From a virus (taxonomy: Duplodnaviria > Caudoviricetes), in IMG/VR virus record IMGVR_UViG_3300033120_001068, positions 1-64,000 of that record: a DNA stretch of 64,000 bases. One strand, given 5' to 3'. Both the position numbers and the translations under genes were made by a program. Below the pieces are notes generated by a model. That model made no database searches. It was given only the letters and a program-made list of their open reading frames with translations, and was not told the origin of the DNA. Positions 59,636 to 64,000 of the stretch are shown in pieces (within the stretch, counting starts at the first letter, position 1; every line of letters begins with the position of its first letter).

Positions 59636-60450
59636 AAATAGCTCATGAATCACCAACTTCTATTTTTAAAGAAGTTCAGAAACTTACAGACTATGACTAT
59701 TGTTTAGTTCACCTTTTAGAAGAAGATTCAAATTATTTAGAAAATTTTCTGTCTTCAAAAAAAGAAGGAAGGGAAATAATTTTAGATAATTCAATTTTTG
59801 AATTAGGAGTAGCATTTGATTCCAAAAGTTTTTCTAAATGGGTTGAAAAATTAAGACCTGACTGGTATATTGTTCCAGATGTTTTAGAAAATTGTTATTC
59901 AACTGTCTTGAATTATCATAGTTTTATAAGAGAATATCCTGATTTGCCAGGCAAGAAAATAGGAGTTTTACAAGGGAAGACTTATGAACAACTTTTATAT
60001 TGCTATGTTAATCTGGTTGATCTTGGAGTTGATAAGATAGCAATTTCTTTTGACTACTCTTATTATGTTGATTTATATCCCAATGAAAACAAGTTAGTTT
60101 CTTGGTGTGAAGGTAGAAAGATGTTCATTGATAAAATAATAGAAGATGTAAGATTTGACTCCTCCATTCCAATACATTTATTAGGATGCTCACTACCTCA
60201 AGAATTTAATCATTATAGAAATAATGAAATTATTGAAAGTATGGATTCTTCTAATCCAGTAGTTTGTGGTTTATATGGAATAGAATATAATGGTTTGCAA
60301 GGATTACAAGAAAAGCCTTCTAAAAAACTTTTTGAATTGATTAGAGAAAAAGTAAATGAGGATTCTCTAAGTAAAGTAATAAAAAACATATTGACTTTTA
60401 AAAAAATAGTAAATGGGAAAACTAATATCAATCTCAGGAACTCATTGTAG
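59632..60450 (+). CDS. dpdA: DpdA/TGT-like 7-deazaguanine transglycosylase
   Basis: TGT-like barrel motifs ILDNS, VPDV, LQG, HLLG and SMDSS; embedded in the que cluster. Confidence 0.7.
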   Translation: MKIAHESPTSIFKEVQKLTDYDYCLVHLLEEDSNYLENFLSSKKEGREIILDNSIFELGVAFDSKSFSKWVEKLRPDWYIVPDVLENCYSTVLNYHSFIREYPDLPGKKIGVLQGKTYEQLLYCYVNLVDLGVDKIAISFDYSYYVDLYPNENKLVSWCEGRKMFIDKIIEDVRFDSSIPIHLLGCSLPQEFNHYRNNEIIESMDSSNPVVCGLYGIEYNGLQGLQEKPSKKLFELIREKVNEDSLSKVIKNILTFKKIVNGKTNINLRNSL

Positions 60451-61000
60451 TGGAAAAACTACTTTATTAAAAGAACTTGAAACTTCATATTCTGTAAATA
60501 GAAAAGATGAAGATTTTAAAGTTTTATTTGTTGACTCAGTAACAAGGAGTTTGAAGAAAAAAGGGTATCCAATCAATAATGAGGAAAGTTCTAATTATGA
60601 TGGTACTCAAATTGCTTGTCTTAAACAAGATTTAAGAAATATTCAAACTGCCTTTTTACTTGATGGAACCTATATTTTTGATAGAAGTTTACTTGATACT
60701 TTTGTTTATACAACTTATCTGTTTAGGCAAAAGAAAGTTTCAACTGAGGCTTATGAAGAAATTAAGTCCAGGTGGGAAGGAAATAAAAATTCTTTTGATG
60801 TAATCTTTCTTTTAAACCATACAGAAATCCCTTTTGATAATGATGGAGTCAGAAGTCCTAATTTACTTTTTAGAGAAGAAATTGCATTGATTTTTAAAGA
60901 AATTTTAGGAGAAAGCAACATAGTTCTTGAAATAGTTTCAGGAAGTAAAGAAATTAGATTATTAACAGTAATTAAAAAGATATGGAAAATAAATCAATAA
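60413..61000 (+). CDS. P-loop nucleotide (dNMP-type) kinase
   Basis: GTHCSGKTT, FDRSLLD and DGVR. Confidence 0.8.
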   Translation: MGKLISISGTHCSGKTTLLKELETSYSVNRKDEDFKVLFVDSVTRSLKKKGYPINNEESSNYDGTQIACLKQDLRNIQTAFLLDGTYIFDRSLLDTFVYTTYLFRQKKVSTEAYEEIKSRWEGNKNSFDVIFLLNHTEIPFDNDGVRSPNLLFREEIALIFKEILGESNIVLEIVSGSKEIRLLTVIKKIWKINQ

Positions 61001-61929
61001 ATGACTTTGCATCTAAGTCACTTGGTAGTGAGAATAGTTATGCAATATACAGTGAGAAGTATGACCCTTCCTTACTTGTAAAAATGCCAAGATATTTGGC
61101 AAGGCAGGAAATAAAAGTTTCCAATTCTCCTTTTGGAGTTGATGTTTGGCATGGTTATGAATGTACTTTTTTATTGAATAATGGTTTACCAATTTCAGGA
61201 ATTCTAAAATTTGTCTATCCTTCAAGTAGTTTTTTTATGGTTGAGTCAAAATCTATGAAACTTTACTTGAATACTTTTGATATGTGTAAATTAGGAGAAG
61301 AGGAAGTTGAAGCAGTAGAAAATTATCTGCACCTTGTGGGGAGTCACTTAAGTGAATGTCTTGAAATTCTCCCTTCTTCTCTAATTTTAAGTTTCCATTC
61401 TGACTCTAATTTTATTTTGCCTAAACTTGATCTTAATTCTTTAATCAACTTAGAGTCTCTTGTTTCTAAAGATGATAAGTTTAATTATAGTGAACTTGTT
61501 GAAATAAATAATCACATTAAAACTCTTGAGATTAAAGAAGTAGAAGAAAGAACAAAAAATTGGACTTTTTATAAAACTAACATTCTAAGATCAAGATGTA
61601 GACACACTAAACAAAAAGACACAGGATATGGTTTCTTCTTTATAAAAACTTCTATTGATGTTACCATAGATCCATTATCTTTATTGAAGCAAGTATTAGC
61701 ATTAAGAGAAACAAATGAGTTTCATGAATTTTGCAGTGAAAAGTTATATACTGCAATAAAAGAGACAGAAGGAGTTGAGGAATGTTGTGTGGTATTAATG
61801 TATGTAAGAAGGGGAGGCTTGGATATTAATCCTATCAGATCTTCTTTACCTTTTAAAGACATCCCTCACCATTTACCTGAATATTTAAGTCTTGGTAAAT
61901 TTTTATTTGAAAGAACTTTTATTCAATAA
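60982..61929 (+). CDS. queF: preQ0 nitrile reductase, bimodular (YqcD-type)
   Basis: QueF signature ESKSMKLY; catalytic SRC..T.QKD; FHEFC; RRGGLDINP. Confidence 0.9.
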   Translation: MENKSINDFASKSLGSENSYAIYSEKYDPSLLVKMPRYLARQEIKVSNSPFGVDVWHGYECTFLLNNGLPISGILKFVYPSSSFFMVESKSMKLYLNTFDMCKLGEEEVEAVENYLHLVGSHLSECLEILPSSLILSFHSDSNFILPKLDLNSLINLESLVSKDDKFNYSELVEINNHIKTLEIKEVEERTKNWTFYKTNILRSRCRHTKQKDTGYGFFFIKTSIDVTIDPLSLLKQVLALRETNEFHEFCSEKLYTAIKETEGVEECCVVLMYVRRGGLDINPIRSSLPFKDIPHHLPEYLSLGKFLFERTFIQ

Positions 61930-61933
61930 ACAA

Positions 61934-61990
61934 TTATTTTATTTAAAATGCTTTTATTTAAATAAACTTTCATTATATTTATGCTATCAA
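61934..61990 (+). promoter_or_regulatory. repeated promoter cassette (copy 2)
   Basis: Palindrome TTTATTTAAATAAA (61953-61966) plus TATATTTA (61974-61981). Confidence 0.7.
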
Positions 61991-62010
61991 CTCAAACAAA
62001 AACACAAACC

Positions 62011-62433
62011 ATGGAATCACTTGAAATTAAGTCAGTTGTAGAAATGCAAATCATCATGGAAATGAGGCAGCATTTTACAGATGAAGACAGCATCAAAATC
62101 TTCAATTCTTTATGTCTAAGTCAAACTCATTTTCCAAACATATCTTTAGAAGAACTTTGGAAGAAAGAAAAATTGTTCTATTTAATTCACAAAGAATCTT
62201 CTATTCAATGCATAAGAATGGGGTTAAATATTTCAGGGTTATTTAGGGAAGACATCTTCCAGTCTTTTGAGAAAATTAAAAAAAGCATTTTATCTTCAAA
62301 AAATACTGAGCATTTAAAATCATGCAAGGAACTTCTTGTTCTTTTCAATGATAAATTTAGTTCTCATAAAGCCATTTCTACTTTTAATCTTGAGTTGGAT
62401 TTTTTATGGAATACAACTTACTATAACCTATAA
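62011..62433 (+). CDS. hypothetical protein
   Basis: The track ATG at 61981 lies inside the promoter cassette; ATG 62011 (AAACCATG) matches the 54539 context. Confidence 0.6.
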   Translation: MESLEIKSVVEMQIIMEMRQHFTDEDSIKIFNSLCLSQTHFPNISLEELWKKEKLFYLIHKESSIQCIRMGLNISGLFREDIFQSFEKIKKSILSSKNTEHLKSCKELLVLFNDKFSSHKAISTFNLELDFLWNTTYYNL

Positions 62434-62442
62434 ATCATAAAT

Positions 62443-63246
62443 ATGAAAAAAGCAATTCTTGCACTATCAGGAGGAATGGATTCAACCTGCCTTTTACTAA
62501 GATTACTTAGAGAGAATTTTGAAGTAACTTGTATTCTTTTTGACTATGGTCAAAAGCATAAAGTTGAATTGGAAAGGGCTCTTAGAAATATAAACCATTT
62601 GAAAAAAAATGAACTTCCTGTCTCTTATCATAAAGTAGATTTAAGTTTCATGTCTGACTTTGGTTCATCTTTGACTTCTTCTTCATGTAAAGTTCCAGAA
62701 GGGCATTATAGTGAAGATAACATGAAAAGCACAGTTGTCCCTAACAGGAATGCTATTTTTTCTTCCATAATATATGGATATGCACTTTCTTTATCAAACT
62801 CATGTAATAATGAGGAAGTAGTAATCTCACTAGGTATTCATTCAGGAGACCATGCTATTTATCCTGATTGTAGACCAGAATTTAGAGATTCACTTGAAAA
62901 AGCATTTAAACTAGGAAATTGGGGAGGAGATAAAGTTTCATACTACACTCCATTTATTGATTTTGACAAAACAATGATTTTAAGGAGTGCTATGGACTCA
63001 TGTGAGTATTTAGGCCTTTCATTTGATTTTATCTTAGGAAATACTTTAACTTCCTATAATCCTGATTCTCTTGGTCGTTCATCTGGAAAATCTGGTTCTG
63101 ATATTGAAAGAATTGAAGCATTTATGAACATTTCTAGAATAGACCCAATCCAATACCAAGAACCTTGGGAGGCAGTAAAGAAACATGCTCTTAAAATTTT
63201 AAATAAATTTAAAGATGAGGGAAATACCAATAAGTCAGGAAATTAG
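62443..63246 (+). CDS. queC: 7-cyano-7-deazaguanine synthase
   Basis: LSGGMDST, FDYGQKH, VPNRNAIF and YPDCRPEF. Confidence 0.94.
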   Translation: MKKAILALSGGMDSTCLLLRLLRENFEVTCILFDYGQKHKVELERALRNINHLKKNELPVSYHKVDLSFMSDFGSSLTSSSCKVPEGHYSEDNMKSTVVPNRNAIFSSIIYGYALSLSNSCNNEEVVISLGIHSGDHAIYPDCRPEFRDSLEKAFKLGNWGGDKVSYYTPFIDFDKTMILRSAMDSCEYLGLSFDFILGNTLTSYNPDSLGRSSGKSGSDIERIEAFMNISRIDPIQYQEPWEAVKKHALKILNKFKDEGNTNKSGN

Positions 63247-64000
63247 TCAATGTACAACTCTTAAAAAAAGTTATGAGTTGTGTTCTGAGATTCAGAAAAT
63301 GGTATTAACTTTACTTAAAGTAGATAGAAGGACAATTCCAAGAGAAGAACTCTCAAAGTTTAAAGGAAGATTAAGTCTTTATTCAAAACTTTATAATCAG
63401 GCTTATGATAAATATTTCTTGTTAAGACTAACTTGTCTTGAAGAAAAACCTTATGTAAAAGTACCAGAAGAATTTTCTGAACTTATAAAAGAATATAACT
63501 GGAAAAAAATAACTGGTAATTGTCTACCACTTAAAAAAACAAATTATTTAAAAACAGAATTAAACATTGAAAAAATTATGGCACAAAAATCTTTTTTTTA
63601 TCGAAATGACCCACAAGTAGTTGTGGACACACAAAGTTTAGACCTTGAAGTATTTTTAGAAAAATATTCAAGTCAAACAAAACAAGAAGTTTTAGAAAAA
63701 GTTTGGAAAGAAAACCAAAAAACTATTGAACAAAAAGTTAAAGATAGAGTTGGTGTTGAAAAAGAAACTGAGCCTTTGGTTGCAATTGCAGGGAAAGGAA
63801 AAACTTCTAAAAAGAAGGAAACAACCACAGTTGATGGAGTTAAAATAATTGCAGGGAAAACAGTTTATGAGGCTCCTGAAAGTGAAATAAAACAAGCCTT
63901 CAAGGAAATTGAAAAGCCTAAGTCAACTCAGAAAGAAGTTGAAAAGTCTGAATCTGAACCAACTAAAAAATTGGAAGAAGAAGTTGTTGAAGACTCAAAA
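63215..64000 (+). CDS. hypothetical protein, runs off the window edge
   Basis: MREIPISQE... translated by hand, open to position 64000; Lys/Glu-rich C-part. Confidence 0.65.
   Translation, partial: MREIPISQEISQCTTLKKSYELCSEIQKMVLTLLKVDRRTIPREELSKFKGRLSLYSKLYNQAYDKYFLLRLTCLEEKPYVKVPEEFSELIKEYNWKKITGNCLPLKKTNYLKTELNIEKIMAQKSFFYRNDPQVVVDTQSLDLEVFLEKYSSQTKQEVLEKVWKENQKTIEQKVKDRVGVEKETEPLVAIAGKGKTSKKKETTTVDGVKIIAGKTVYEAPESEIKQAFKEIEKPKSTQKEVEKSESEPTKKLEEEVVEDSK

Noticed and set aside
3049-63895. All minus-strand ORFs in the track, and short alternate-frame + ORFs (6554, 30978, 50154)
   Set aside because: They lie wholly within longer motif-bearing + strand genes, have no recognisable motifs, and read like antisense shadows of AT-rich coding sequence
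1-64000. tRNA genes, CRISPR arrays, introns or inteins, transposases
   Set aside because: Intergenic gaps are short and AT-rich with no cloverleaf or spaced repeats; no intein or homing-endonuclease motifs were seen in dnaE or the helicases

Overview
AT-rich (about 30% GC by eye) segment of a large contractile-tailed (myovirus) dsDNA phage. All credible genes lie on the + strand. The host is very likely Bacteroidota: genes lack Shine-Dalgarno motifs, a TAnnTTT -7-type promoter motif recurs, and two signal peptides are cleaved before Gln. Gene order: small ORFs and RNase H; portal; holin, spanin-like protein and amidase-LysM endolysin; a block of variable head-associated genes around a MuF-like gene; prohead protease-scaffold; major capsid; neck, sheath, tube, tape measure, baseplate and fibres (Herelleviridae-like order); DnaB-like helicase, primase, DnaE polymerase and SF2 helicase; then a 7-deazaguanine DNA-modification cluster (queE, queD, folE, dpdA/TGT-like, queF, queC) interleaved with MazG-like, DUF1599-like and kinase genes. 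Highlights: (1) about 8 otherwise unrelated proteins share an N-terminal leader ending in a capsid-type K|S/G/A protease site, followed by one of three short basic modules and a variable effector (GNAT, zincin+Nudix, AAA ATPase, Cys-His-Asp enzyme). This looks like a modular capsid-cargo/injected-effector system, and three members are interrupted at homopolymer runs. (2) The deazaguanine cluster may act at the nucleotide level before replication. (3) CpG is extremely depleted, with a CG-richer island encoding secreted proteins in the tail locus. (4) Promoters read TAnnTTTA and some carry a palindromic operator-like site. All functional calls come from motif recognition by eye; no database searches were run. 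No tRNA, CRISPR array or mobile element was recognised.
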